Positions 12,371 to 24,680 are shown, counted from the stretch's first letter. The stretch is 64,000 bases of DNA from Octopus sinensis (GCF_006345805.1 NC_043014.1:15314001-15378000); one strand, 5' to 3'. Numbers and translations are program-made. The notes: generated by a model not told the origin, from the letters alone.

Positions 12371-13161
12371 CTCTCCCACCACCACCACCGTTTGACAACC
12401 GATGTTGGGGTGTTTACGTCCCCGTAATTTAGCGGATCGGCGAAAGAGACCGATAGTATAAGTACTAGGCTTACAAAGAATAATTCCTGGGGCCGATTTC
12501 TTCGACTAAAAAAAAAAAATCTTTAAGGCGGTGCTCCACCATGGCCGCAGTCAAATGACTGAAACCAGTAAATGAATAAAAGAACAATTAAAGGCTTTTT
12601 TTGATGGATTGGAGGTGTAAGGTTGTGATGTTCATGCCTTTTGAGGAGATATGAATGATGTAACAGAAGAGATGATACACGGCAAGAACTGAGAACAGAA
12701 AGCGAGTCACAGGCGTGTCTAATTTCTAATGCTGTTCCGCCAAATGTCTTACCTTTTTGCTCCACTTCAGAGTTTACAACACACACACACACACACACAC
12801 AAGATGTCTCCTCGGTTTACGCAGCAGCTGAAATATATCGTGTACGTCTTGTCATCTGTCTCTGCAGTTCAATGACATTTTCCCGACGGCAGCCAGCCAT
12901 AAAATACATACTCGAGTAATTCATGCAAAAATCTGAATTCGCCAAACTATCCGATTACTTAGACGTCATGACATTTACAAAAAAAATAAAATCTATAACA
13001 TATATCTACATATACATATGTAGATATGTATTCATGTATGTATGCACGCGCACGCACACACACACACACACGTATATGTGTATCTATGTGTCTATATTTA
13101 TGTATGTGTGTACATGCATATGTGTGCGTATAAATATATGTGCGTGTATGTATATATATAC

Positions 13162-13199
<38 letters not shown>

Positions 13200-13656
13200 A
13201 TATATGTGTATATATATATGTGTGTGTGTGTGTATGTATATATATATATGTATATGTGTATATATATGTGTGTGTGTGTGTGTGTATATATGCATGTGTG
13301 TGCATATATGCGCGCGCAAGTGTGTGTAACAAAAATAGAATGAAGACGTGAAGAGAGTTAACGAAAACTCCATTAAATAGAGTGCCCCTTTTTGGAGGTA
13401 TGTCGAATATACGTGACAATCTGTCAAATGGATTATAATTAAGAATTTGATTAGACCGAACCAAGGCCAAATAACAAAAAAAAAAAAAACTCTTTATCAC
13501 GGGGGGAGCCTCGAGCATCGTCAGTTGATTTTCCCAACACAATTGTTTTAAAAAAACAACCTTCGATAATGCTCTTGGTACTTCTGTTATCATTCGTAAT
13601 TTCTGGTATGTCTATTCGACTAAATGGGAAAGGCGCTCGTGGCCTAGTAGTTAGGG

Positions 13657-14072
13657 CGGTGGTTCCCAAACTTTTTCGGGTCGCCCCCCCCCCCCCCTTG
13701 GTACTCAGGCCACATTCCTAGTGCCCTACCCCCACCCGCCACCACAAACGTAGACCACTTTCTGCAGCAAATTCAAAAGAACTGTATTTGACAAATGAAG
13801 CCTAACCTAATCAACCCATCATTTTTCTGTTATTTTACATCCATGGTGGTGGTGGTCACGGTTTCTGACCTCAGGCTAGTAATAATCGAGCAAATCCAAT
13901 GGTCAAAGACGTCCTAATCGTGACCTCAACAGTCATGGGTAAACTACGGCCCGCTAGATTTTGGCTACCCCATTATCACATCGACTTTTCTTCAAATCCC
14001 CATTTCTAAGCAGTACGTACCGCCCCCAGGGTAGGATATGGGGGATAGTACCGCTCACTTTGGGAACCACTG
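13657..14072. mobile_element. hAT-like MITE inserted into a SINE head
   Basis: TIRs cggtggttcccaaa / tttgggaaccactg; 8-bp TSD agttaggg/cgttaggg; interrupted SINE head resumes at 14073. Confidence 0.8.
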
Positions 14073-14401
14073 CGTTAGGGTGTTGCACTCACGGTCGCAA
14101 GATCGCGGTTTCTAGTCCGGGACCGGAGTGTCCCCCAGCAAAACACTTAATTTCATGTACCTCTTGTTTTCTCCTCTGTAAATGAGTAGCTCTGCAATGG
14201 ACTAGCGCCCCATTCAGGAGCAATTTTAAGATCTCGGTTACTCATAGGCCATGGAAAACAGGTAACCGACCCTGTGGACTTCTATGACTTGAGATAATAA
14301 CGTCCAGGTCTCACTTATTATCGGACAAAATATGACTATCATGTACCACAGTGAGTTTGAACAACTAAGTGCAATTTACAAGGTGCAATTTTGGTGCAGA
14401 C

Positions 14402-14752
14402 CAGGGGTTTCCAACCATGTCTTATTTATGGATCCCTTTCATTACTATTTTGTTCTAGTAGATCTTCACAACCATTCGATGTTTGAAAACTAGTTTTACA
14501 GAAAACTTCTTTCAAAATTCCTATTTTGCTTTTCACACATTAACTTGTGTAGGTTGAACTAAGTAAAATATGAGAGAAAGAAACCTAGCTGTTTCATGCA
14601 ATACATACCAATATATACACCTAAAGTAAACTTTTTTGGGGGGCCCTTAAAATAATATTGTGAATCCCCAATTTACTATTATGTTGCGTGGACTCCATAG
14701 AAATCTTACATGGACCTCCAGGGGCCATATGCACCCCAGTTGAGAACCATTG
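14402..14752. mobile_element. Degenerate hAT-like MITE
   Basis: caggggtttccaacc ... gttgagaaccattg termini; related to 27410-27730 and 36970-37220; no TSD match. Confidence 0.55.
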
Positions 14753-15237
14753 ATTTAAGACATTTTCTTCCTTTCAATCAATCCAAAGAGTACAACTGAT
14801 CCAGTAAACAGCTTTGGATCATTACGCATAGAGAAATTACTCTCTAAAATGAACAGATATTGTTCAGATAATTACAAAATTTATCGTTGTTTATTATGTC
14901 TTTTTAAGTATGCCTCATTATATAACAAAAATGGATGAGTCATTAATTAAAATGCTTACATAGTAAAATACATGTGTCAACCACTGCAATGAGAGGTTTA
15001 CATTTGTACGAAATTGGCTCAGAAAACAACTCGAGAAGACTGAAGCTGGTTTGCCATTTTGAAATGCATACACACGTGGTGTGACTAACGTTGGCAAAAC
15101 AGGGGAAACAAATGATGAAAATTTTCTATATTGCAATCAATCAAAAGATATTTTATTGAAACAAAGACTAAAAAAACTGCACTTGTAAGAAATTCGCTAT
15201 CGTTTCTCATTTTTTGTTATTTAAAGCCTAGTACCCA

Positions 15238-15510
15238 GGCGCAGGAGTGCCTCTGTAGTAAGTAGCTTGCTTACCAACCACAGGGTTCCGGGTTCAGTCC
15301 CACTGCGTGGCACCTTGGGCAAGTGTCTTCTACTATAGCCTCGGGCCGACCAAAGCCTTGAGTGGATTTGGTAGACGGAAACTGAAAGAAGCCTGTCGTA
15401 TATATATTTGTGTGTGTGTTTGTCCCCCCAACATCGCTTGACAACAGATGGTGGTGTGTTTACGTCCCTGTAACTTAGCGGTTCGGCAAAAGAGACCGAT
15501 AGAATATGTA
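15238..15510 (+). mobile_element. SINE family A, 3'-truncated
   Basis: gcgcaggagtg..ggttcagtcccactgcgtggcaccttgggcaagtg; accttgggcaagt resembles the CORE domain of MIR-type SINEs. Confidence 0.9.
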
Positions 15511-15897
15511 CAGACGCTAAACTATAAATTCCACAGGGTACAACTTTAAAGTTGACACCGCTACAACGCAGAAAATTTCTGTCTCACTATTGCCTAAAAA
15601 TACAAATTTTTTTTTTCGATTTTTAAACGTCTGTAACTTTTTCGTCAGATTCTTCTCCACAAGATCATGGCTTCACAGGAATAAGAGAGGAAATCTGCTT
15701 CAATATAACCAATTTTCAGATTTGTTTCTACTTCCTTTTAAAAAAATGTAGATTCTGTGAATGAATTTAACTAGATCCGTGATGAGGGACTAACATACAC
15801 TTACATATGTGTGAGTATGTGTATACACACACATATATACATATATACACATACACACATATAATAATATATATATATATATACACACACACATATA

Positions 15898-16091
15898 GTC
15901 AATCCAAACAAGAACAAGCAAGAAAAAACAATGCGAGGACGTGGTACAAGTACTGTGTTATTGGACGCTCAGGAAACGAAAGAAAAGAAAGAGGACTTCA
16001 CGTTTCGAGCAGAGCTCTTCATCAGAAATATAGAAAAAATCCAAAGAAGGGAAGACGGAGAAAGAAAATCGCCAACGATACACACGCGGTC
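15898..16091 (-). mobile_element. Family H1 element with canonical-core hammerhead-like motif at 15995-16029
   Basis: Minus: ATTT-CTGATGA-A-GAGC-TCT-GCTC-GAAAC-GTG-AAGT; canonical CUGAUGA core but GUG at the cleavage triplet. Confidence 0.75.
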
Positions 16092-16191
16092 GAAGCGACG
16101 CCAGGTCATCAGCGTCACTCGGGATCATCACAGATTTCGCATAAAACATGCCTGCTCGAAGAATTTCACGTTTTTCCGCAATATTTCTCAC

Positions 16192-16238
16192 CTCAGATAT
16201 CTTATTTTCTATATCTAGTCCTATGTCTTTCTCCATTT
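16192..16238 (-). CDS. Candidate short exon (AA+MEKDIGLDIENKISE), unidentified gene
   Basis: tttttacccttaacttag| acceptor and GAG|gtgaga donor; unique sequence; in frame with the phase-1 exon at 20274-20325; no homology recognised. Confidence 0.3.
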
Positions 16239-16939
16239 CTAAGTTAAGGGTAAAAATTAAGCAACCCTGCAAGACACAACTGATCTTTACACACAGAGGC
16301 ACAGAATAACAGCATTCAAATAGCGACAGCAGACTGCACAAAAAACGTCAGCGCGCTGACAGATGTCAGTTAGTCTTTTACACCTACCAGGGTCGTTTAT
16401 ATCAGCCCGAGTTGCTGGATAATTTTTCGTTCTTTTATTGTAGAACGGAAACTATTCATAGACTGGAATTTAAATCCTAATCTCTATAGAAATTTATTGT
16501 TTCAAGAAAACTTAATTTGAATTACTGTTAATTTTTACAATTACAGATAACAACTTGGGCTATAACTTCTGGGCCCGAGTCAGGCGCGTGTGAACGATGT
16601 TGAGAGAACGTCTGTTACGAATGATATTTTTTGACACAGACGATCACCAGACGCTGAACAAAAATAAATGAGCTGCGACCAGGCTCAATAAAAGGAGCCA
16701 GAGTTACTGGCTGCAATTATATACTTGAAGTCAGTGTTGGCAGAAATTAAATCGCTTTGAAAATACACGTTCACTTTCCTAAATTTTTTATTTTTTTACT
16801 CGGGCTAAGCCCGAACAGCCCGAGTGTTGGAGTCGCCACTGAGATATATATTTGGTAGACGTAAACTGAAAGAAGCTTGTATGTGTGTGTGTGTGTGCGC
16901 GTGTGTGTGTGTAGATATATACACACATTCCCCCTTTCG

Positions 16940-17255
16940 TTTATTTAATCGACCCCGAAGGGATGAAAAGCAAAGTCGACCTCGGCGGAATTTGAACTAA
17001 GAACGTAGCGGCAGACGAAATACCTATTTATTTACTACCCACAAGGGGCTACACACAGAGAGGACAAACAAGGACAGACAAACGGATTAAGTAGATTACA
17101 TCGACCCCAGTGCGTAACTGGTACTTAATTTATCGACCCCGAAAGGATGAAAGGCAAAGTGGACCTCGGCAGAATTTGAACTCAGAACGTAACGGTAGAC
17201 GAAATACGGCTACGCATTTCGCCCGGCGTGCTAACGTTTCTGCCAGCTCGCCGCC
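16940..17255 (-). mobile_element. SINE family B, head plus duplicated body
   Basis: Reverse complement of 51520-51930, including the aaata|ggtatttcgtc junction. Confidence 0.88.
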
Positions 17256-17549
17256 TTGACAACGACAACAACAACGCACAGACAGATACAGCTCATATTC
17301 TTTGTTTCAGTGCAAAACGAGGGCAGTGTGACAATATGATACAATGTCAAAAACAGTACATTGTGTATGCAGTAAAGAGACAGTTAAATATAGACATATT
17401 AAAAGGAATGCTGAAATACAGAGAGAGAGGGACAGAAAAAAGAGAGAGGAGAAGGAGTCAGTTGATAGACTGGAGAGCGACGTAGTGCTGGCGGTGGAGG
17501 ACGGAGGCGGAGATAAGTATGTTTGTAGTGAAGGGATGGGGGGTGGGAC

Positions 17550-17598
17550 CACGTGTGACGAATGACGTAAAAATAAGGCGATGACGTAAAATAAGGCA
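17550..17598 (+). promoter_or_regulatory. E-box (CACGTG) plus two tandem TGACGTAA (CRE/PAR-like) motifs
   Basis: CACGTG 17550-17555; TGACGTAA 17563-17570 and 17582-17589 in a ~20-bp tandem duplication; function unproven. Confidence 0.3.
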
Positions 17599-18003
17599 TA
17601 CAAAAGTTATTTTTAAAAGAAAATTCAATTTAGTCGAAGAATACACTTATTTCACTCAGCAATAATGTGGGAGTTTAAAACGTGATCGACTTCCCGCCTT
17701 CCGTTAAAATTGCTGGTCTTGTACTAAAAATAGAAAGGATTATAAATGTGTGTGTTTAATTTATGCAAACAGGAAAAGACGAGTTCGGCAGAATTTGAAC
17801 TCAAGAAGGCGGCGATCTGGCAGAATCTTTAGCACCCCGGGTGAAATGCTTAGCCTTCCATCCATTCGAGGGTCGACAAATCAAGTACCAGTTGTGTACT
17901 GGAGTCGATCTAATCGACTGGCTCCCTCTGCCAAAATTTCGGGCCTTGTACCCAGAGTAGAAAGGAATTTGAACTTAAGAACGTAGAGTAGGGGGAAATG
18001 CCG

Positions 18004-18398
18004 GGATCTTTTCGGTTTAAACGGCAGTTTTTTTCTAGCGGTGTCATATGAAATTGTCACCCATAATTATGACCCTAGAATCGATCTATTGCATTTCAAT
18101 CTCTTTTAGGGTAAGGGTATTTTTCTTCACGAATGTAAATAAACCCAATCTGTTTCTTAAACGAGGGACATATTCATACGGCACAGAATGCTTTTTAACG
18201 CAATAGATGTCACCGATTGGTTGAAATTGCAGAAATTGAAGAAAAAAAACAACAAATATCTTACAAACTATAGAATTTTCTCAATAAAGCCAAGAGAAAA
18301 AGATGTTTTATAAACACATTCTACCAGTAAACAAAGTTTAAAATTTTTTAATTACTTAGAAATTATGTTAAAAACTGCCGTTTAAACCGAAAAGATCC
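18004..18398. mobile_element. GGATC-TIR MITE with perfect 8-bp TSD
   Basis: TSD aaatgccg at 17996-18003 and 18399-18406; TIR ggatcttttcggtttaaacggcagttttt. Confidence 0.92.
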
Positions 18399-18575
18399 AA
18401 ATGCCGCAATGTATTTTGTCCGGCGCGCCAAAAGGGGGTACAACTAGCAGTGTTGTTGACAAGAGCTGTGCTCACTAACCGAAAGGTCGACGGTTCGTTT
18501 CACATCATAGACACTGCTCTCTATCTACCAACTAAGACATATAACTCTTGCTGAGTGGCTCAGTCCACAGGGTCG

Positions 18576-18750
18576 TTAGCAGGCTAACACAATGTGTAAA
18601 AATACACCAGGCGCCAGGAGCGAGATCGCTATGAAACTAATTGCTGTTTCGTCTGTTAACAGCTTAGTAAATTCAGGCTTGAGGTTGTGACAGACGTGTT
18701 TAAAATGGTTTATCTCCTGTTCGCTCCAAATTCTCTGTTCGCAACTTAAG
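18576..18750 (-). CDS. Candidate exon encoding 57 aa with hydrophobic C-terminus
   Basis: cctgtttcttctag| acceptor, then open frame LSCEQRIWSEQEINHFKHVCHNLKPEFTKLLTDETAISFIAISLLAPGVFLHIVLAC*; unique sequence; no family recognised. Confidence 0.22.
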
Positions 18751-19178
18751 CTAGAAGAAACAGGATTAATAAATGAACCCTCCCCTCGTTCCCCATCGTT
18801 CATTGGAACAAACATTCGACCAATCAACAGGTCAGACAATCTTTCAATCGATCGACGACCGATCAATTATTCGTATAATCAGACAACAGAAAGAAATTGA
18901 GTATCAAATCAACCGTAGTGTGCTAAATGAATGAAATTATTTATATTATTTCACAAAGAAAAACCTAACATATTTTTCAGTGTTTTTGTATCATAAATGC
19001 ATTATATAATATATATGTAATAACTGAATTATATACAACACACTCTAAAGTAGTTTGTTATGCAGGTGGTACCCTTGGTCCGTGGGAAAATTATCTTGCA
19101 TAAAACCGGCCCGTGGTGCAAAAAAGCTTTGGGGGGACCGCTGGTGTAGAGTTTACATTAAAAATTTAGTCGATGACT

Positions 19179-19627
19179 GGGAAGACTTCGTTCCCACCCC
19201 ACCATTTTCTCCCAAATTTGTTTATTTTCGTAATTTTTTTCCCCCCAAAATCCCCGTTTTCGGATACGGAGGTTCCGGAAAATTGCCAAAAATCGGCATT
19301 GTGAAATTCCCCCCACCCACTTTTCAATTTTCCCCCCAACACTAACACTAACCCTAAAAAATTTTTTATAAAAAATTTTACAAAGAATTTTGAAAATTTT
19401 TTTCAGAATCATAATCTCCGTATTTTTCCGCATATTTGGAAGAAAGAAAAATTGTGAAAAAAGTTGAAAATTGAGGAAATGGGGTAGGAGGTGGTAATTT
19501 AGAAACGTCGATTTTTGCCAGTTTTTTTGCAGCAGATTCGTATTCCCCGTAGCCGAAAGGGGAGGGGTCGAAAAAAATTTTTTTAAAGGGTGGTTTTTGA
19601 GGGAGGGGACGGGCGGAAGTCTTGCCC
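19179..19627. mobile_element. MITE with GGG(C)AAGACTTCCG-type TIRs and TTAGGG-like internal repeats
   Basis: Termini gggaagacttcg / cggaagtcttgccc; related copies at 21795-21945 and 49014-49500 in reverse orientation. Confidence 0.75.
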
Positions 19628-20159
19628 CATGATTAACTCTTCTACTCAGAGTTTCGCGTATATAATAATGATTTCAAATTTTGGCACAAGGCCAGGAATT
19701 TCGGGAGAGGGGGTAAGTCGATTACATCGACCCCAGAGCTCATTTCGTTTTTATCTTATCGACCCCGAAAGACAAAGTCGACTTCGGTGGAATTTGAATT
19801 CAGAACGTAGCGACGGACGAATTGCCGCTAAGCATTTCGTCCGGCGTGCTGCTAATGATTCCGCCAGCTTGCTGCCTTGACAACAATAATAATAATGGTT
19901 TCAAATTTTGCCACAAGGGCAGGAATTTGATATGGGTGGGGGAAGGGTGCTAGTCGGTCATATCGACTGGTACTTATTTTATCAACCCCGAAAGAATGAA
20001 AGGCAAAGTAGATAGACCTCGGTGGAAATTGAACTCAGAATGTAGTGACGGGCGAAACACCGATAAGCATTTCGTCCAGCATGCTAACGATTCTGCCAGC
20101 ACTCCGCCTTTTTTTGGCATACATAATAACGGAGTGAATCATTCACCGATGTAAATTCG

Positions 20160-20171
20160 TGCGCATGCGCA
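20160..20171. promoter_or_regulatory. NRF1/EWG-type palindrome TGCGCATGCGCA
   Basis: Perfect 12-bp match in a CpG-containing unique island. Confidence 0.4.
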
Positions 20172-20273
20172 CGTTATGTTTTCCACCATAACGTCGCATC
20201 CCGCCGTGTCAAAACCATAACTTTACGGTACGACAGAAAAAAAAGAAGAAAATTAGATCGATAAAATACGTAC

Positions 20274-20325
20274 TGGATTTGATATCAAGAAGTACGAAAG
20301 CTGAATGTAAGGAGGTATCCGACAT
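20274..20325 (-). CDS. Candidate first coding exon MSDTSLHSAFVLLDIKS (phase 1), unidentified gene
   Basis: GCCGCCATG Kozak context, 17 open codons plus 1 nt, donor CCA|gtacgt; possible acceptor tttcttttactagttttag| 12 nt upstream of the ATG. Confidence 0.38.
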
Positions 20326-20819
20326 GGCGGCCGTAGTCTAAAACTAGTAAAAGAAATGACTAAAACTAGTAAAAGGAAGAAACGCGTGTGCGCACACACA
20401 CACACAAACTAAAAGTACAGTCAAGTCGACATTATGCTGCATAACGAAAAAAAAAATGTCATTCTTCAGCATATCAGAAGCAGGGTTACTGACATGGGCT
20501 GCAAGTGGAGGATTACGCTACACTTCAGAACTGCACGCTATGATTTCACCACACAGAAAGTTGAACTACTTAACGCCTCTTGCTTCTTTCCTTTCTTCTT
20601 CCTTTATTTCTTTTATTTTATTTTCATTTTTCATTTTTTTCCTCCCCACATTCATTGCAGTGCAGTCCTGTTGGGACAATACTCTGATGGGTTCAGTCGA
20701 ACAACAGATCGACCCCCAGCTTTATCGATGCTTTACTGAGCCGCTAGGTTACGGGGTCGGAAACAAACGAACACCAATTGTCAAGCGGTGAAGGAGAAGG
20801 ACAAACACTAATACATGCA

Positions 20820-20857
20820 CACACATGCATATATATACATATATATATATATATATA

Positions 20858-20937
<80 letters not shown>

Positions 20938-20984
20938 TATATATATATATACATATAATATATATATATATTATATACATATAT

Positions 20985-21022
<38 letters not shown>

Positions 21023-21050
21023 ACATATATATATATATATAATATAATAT

Positions 21051-21082
<32 letters not shown>

Positions 21083-21191
21083 CATACACATATACATATA
21101 TATATATATACATACACATATACATATATATATTATATATATATACATACACATATACATATATTATATATATATATACATACACATATAC

Positions 21192-21222
<31 letters not shown>

Positions 21223-21260
21223 TATATATATATATTATATATATATATATAATGTATATA
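20820..21260. repeat. Long degenerate (TA)n/(TACA) tract between SINE A fragments
   Basis: Direct inspection. Confidence 0.95.
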
Positions 21261-21436
21261 TATTACTATTTTATTCTTTTGTTTGTTCCAGTTATTTGAC
21301 TGCGGCCATGCTGGAGTACCGGCTTTCGTCGAACAAATCGACCCCATGACTTATTCTTTGTAAGCCTAGTACTTATTTTATCGGTTCATTTGCCGAACCG
21401 CTAGGTTACAGGGTCGTAAACACACCAGCAACGGTT

Positions 21437-21472
<36 letters not shown>

Positions 21473-21714
21473 GTGGGGTGACAAGTTCAAAATAAGCAAT
21501 GTCCGGCTACTTAGAATAAAGCACTCTGAGATATGCCCCAGAGTGAATAAAAATCGGACGCGTGAGTGTGCGGTAAGAAGCTTGCTTCCCATCTATATGG
21601 TTCAATTTCACTGAATGGCACGTTGGGAAAGAGTCTTGAATTCTATAGCCCCGGGCCGACCAAAGCGTTGTGGGTGGATTTGGGAGACGGAAACTGGAAG
21701 AAGCCCTCCTTGAC

Positions 21715-21800
21715 GCTAGGGAAAAGTGGAAAAGTCTTTGACGTTTCGAGCCGACGCTCTTCGATAGAAAGGAATGAAAGGAAGAGAAAGAATCTTTCCA
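21715..21800 (-). mobile_element. Fragment of H1-related (CTTT/AAAG) subfamily with hammerhead-like motif 21736-21771
   Basis: Minus: CTTT-CTATCGA-A-GAGC-GTCG-GCTC-GAAAC-GTC-AAAG. Confidence 0.6.
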
Positions 21801-22570
21801 GGGTTAGGGTTAGTGTTGCGGAAAAAAGTCAAAATTGAAGAAGTTAGGGGAGAAGGGGGGGGATTTTCATAATGCAGATTTTCGGCAATTTTCCGGAACC
21901 TCCGTATCCGAAAATGGGGGAGGGTACGGGCGGAAGTCTTTCCCAAAATGTGTCGGAGATTAACGGTTTCACATTGTGAGTGCGAGTGTGCGCTTGTCCC
22001 GCTTCATCACAGCTTCACAACCGGTATTATTAGGTTTACGTAACATAGCGGTTCGACAAAAGAGACCGATAAAATAAGTACCAGGGTTAAAAAACGTGTG
22101 GTCGATTCATTCAAATTTCTTCAAGGCGGTGCCACAGCATGGCCGCAGTCAAATGACTGAAACAATTTAAAGATAAAAGATAACGATTAACGATTAAACG
22201 TTTCACACGATGTTGTAACTAAGGGCAACTTTCTCATACAATCACTTATTTTTAGCAAACGATCTGTTTTCCTGTTTTTAAAACCGATCTAGCAACCCTG
22301 CTTATCATACATTCCTTTCTATTTAAGATTATTAAAAAAACAGACACTTGTTACCTTTCACTTACGTATCCCATATTTTAACGAAACGTTCCAACATGAG
22401 TTATGTCTCTTCTTATTTACCTCTCGATGATACACGTACGGAATATGAGAAGAATGCTTTTTAAGGGCGATATATTTTAACGCTTACACCAAGTAAATAT
22501 CTATCACAGCTCTAATTTCTTAATTCCTTAGATTCCCCCTTTTTTCTTTTTCCCAAGCACCCACTCTCTC

Positions 22571-22607
<37 letters not shown>

Positions 22608-23824
22608 ACAGATAGATAGATAGATAAGCTTCTTAAAGCACACCAACAGTCTTTCGTTTGTTTATGTTTTCCAACCGGTGCATAAAGACGCCGGTTTCCT
22701 CTCCACCTACCCAACAAATTCTAGTGACCATCCTTGTTTATTTATCGCTGTCAAATATCTAACCCAACCCAGATACTCAATTGTTTTATATATAGAAAAA
22801 AAAAGAGAGAAATAAATAAATAATCCACACATACTACATGCATGAGCCAACTGGAAACCCACACAGTCGGCAATCCCAGCTCACAAAATAGAAAAATGGA
22901 AAGAAAAAAAGAAAAAGAAAAACCAGCCCACACAAATGCCACACACACCAGCCAACGTGAAGTCGAAAGGTCGACTTACTTAGCTGCACGAATTGCTAGA
23001 AACTGCAGCTAAATCACCCCCCGATCAAACTCAGTCATATTAAAGCAAAAAATAAAAGTACACATGTTCGACAATTTTGTGCTCCTTGCTTATGAAATTA
23101 ATCTTATAATCGTACTTGTTACAGATACCTTTCTGTTTAAGAACATTAAAAGAAAAAAAGTTACAGACACTTGTTACCTTTACGCATTCCATATTTTAAC
23201 AAAACAGTTCAAAGTAGTGCTGTAGCGTGGCCACAGTCTAATGATTGAAACAAGTGAAAGAAAATTGGCTAAGTCCAGTAAAAGACACAAGATGCACGCA
23301 GTTAAGACGCTTTTGATATAATGTCTGCTCGAAAAGAGCCAGGGTTCCTAAACAACAACTCAACATTCGGTAAAAGAGAGGAGAAAATTGTAGATGCGGT
23401 AAGGCGTTGGACAATTCAGCTCGACGTTCTAAGTTCGATTTCTGCCATAGGTCGATCGACTTTTAATAACATTCATTCCACTGACAAAAGAAAGGGAAGT
23501 TGTCGGTGAAATTACTAGCTGTGGTAATATACTAGGAAGATTCTTTCCGCTATAAATTTGTAATCTTGTGTTTAAGTAAGGACACTGATAATCCAACGAA
23601 TCAGAATTGATTTAAATTAAATATAAGATCCATTGTAGGTAATATACCTAGCCGTTTGCTGGACAACAGGGTTACCAGGAACAAAGTTGTCACATTCGGT
23701 GACAACTAACGGATTTGAATTTCTAACCGGTATAAAATTTCTAATACTATAGCTTAAAAATCCTATTGAATATCTTACTATATTAAAAACTGTAGTAAAT
23801 TAGAATACACGTACACACATAATA

Positions 23825-23855
23825 TATAAATATATATATATAAAGCTAAAATTGC

Positions 23856-23892
<37 letters not shown>

Positions 23893-24241
23893 GCAAGTTT
23901 GGTAGCCTTCAACTAACACTATTTTTTCCGAGACCCTGCGGCGCAAGTTGACCAAAATTGAGAGTATGATAGAAGAAGGCTTGCTCTTCATTCCGTAGAA
24001 GAAAAAATTCAAATCGGACCATGTTAACACTAAACTTTCTTTACATCAAAAAGGCTGGGGGGGGGTCTATGAAAATCCCTATCTATTACGATTTTTTGAC
24101 TGCTGTGTCGCCATTTTTCGGTGTATTACAACCAGAAAAATGTTCACTTACAAAGAATAACGAGCTACATAATGCAGTCTGCCGTTTTAAGCGCAAAAAA
24201 CCCCCCAAAAAACCCCGAGCAACACCGGGCTATACTGCTAG
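23825..24241 (+). mobile_element. Non-autonomous Helitron
   Basis: 3' hairpin cccgagcaacaccggg then ctatactgCTAG|T; same 3' end as 43235-43633; 5' boundary approximate. Confidence 0.7.
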
Positions 24242-24279
24242 TATATATATATATATATATATATAATGTGTTGTGCGTG

Positions 24280-24680
24280 TGTGTGTATCTTGCATATTTT
24301 ACTTGTTTCAGTCATTAGACTGCAACCATGCAGAGACACCATACCGAACATTTTTTTTTAGTGGAATGAATGAACCCTAGTATTTATACATATTTTTTAA
24401 AGCATTGTGCTTATTCTATCGGAGTTCTTTTGCCGAACAGCTAAGTTACGGAGATGTAAACACACAAACACCGATTGTCAAACTGTGGTATGTGACAAAC
24501 ACTCACCACTACACAAACACACACACAAACACATATGCATAAATACGACAGGCTTCTTTCAGTTTCCGCCTACCAAATCCACTCACAACCCGGCTAGAGG
24601 CTAAAGTAGAAGACACTCAATGAAGGTAGCATGCAGTGGTTGGGAAGAAAACTTTTTATCACACAGCCACGCCTGCGCCT
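24280..24680 (-). mobile_element. SINE family A, diverged
   Basis: Reverse-complement colinearity with 56805-57205. Confidence 0.85.

Noticed and set aside
12866-12913. Plus-strand 48-nt open exon-like segment (FNDIFPTAASHKIHTR)
   Set aside because: Mediocre donor, no recognisable homology and no partner exons.
20323-20340. Plus-strand ATGGCGGCC as a gene start
   Set aside because: Stops after five codons (MAAVV*); the minus-strand reading has better support.
22290-23210. Diverged ~90-bp direct repeat (22290-22390 vs 23125-23210)
   Set aside because: Too diverged and AT-rich to distinguish from an old dispersed repeat.
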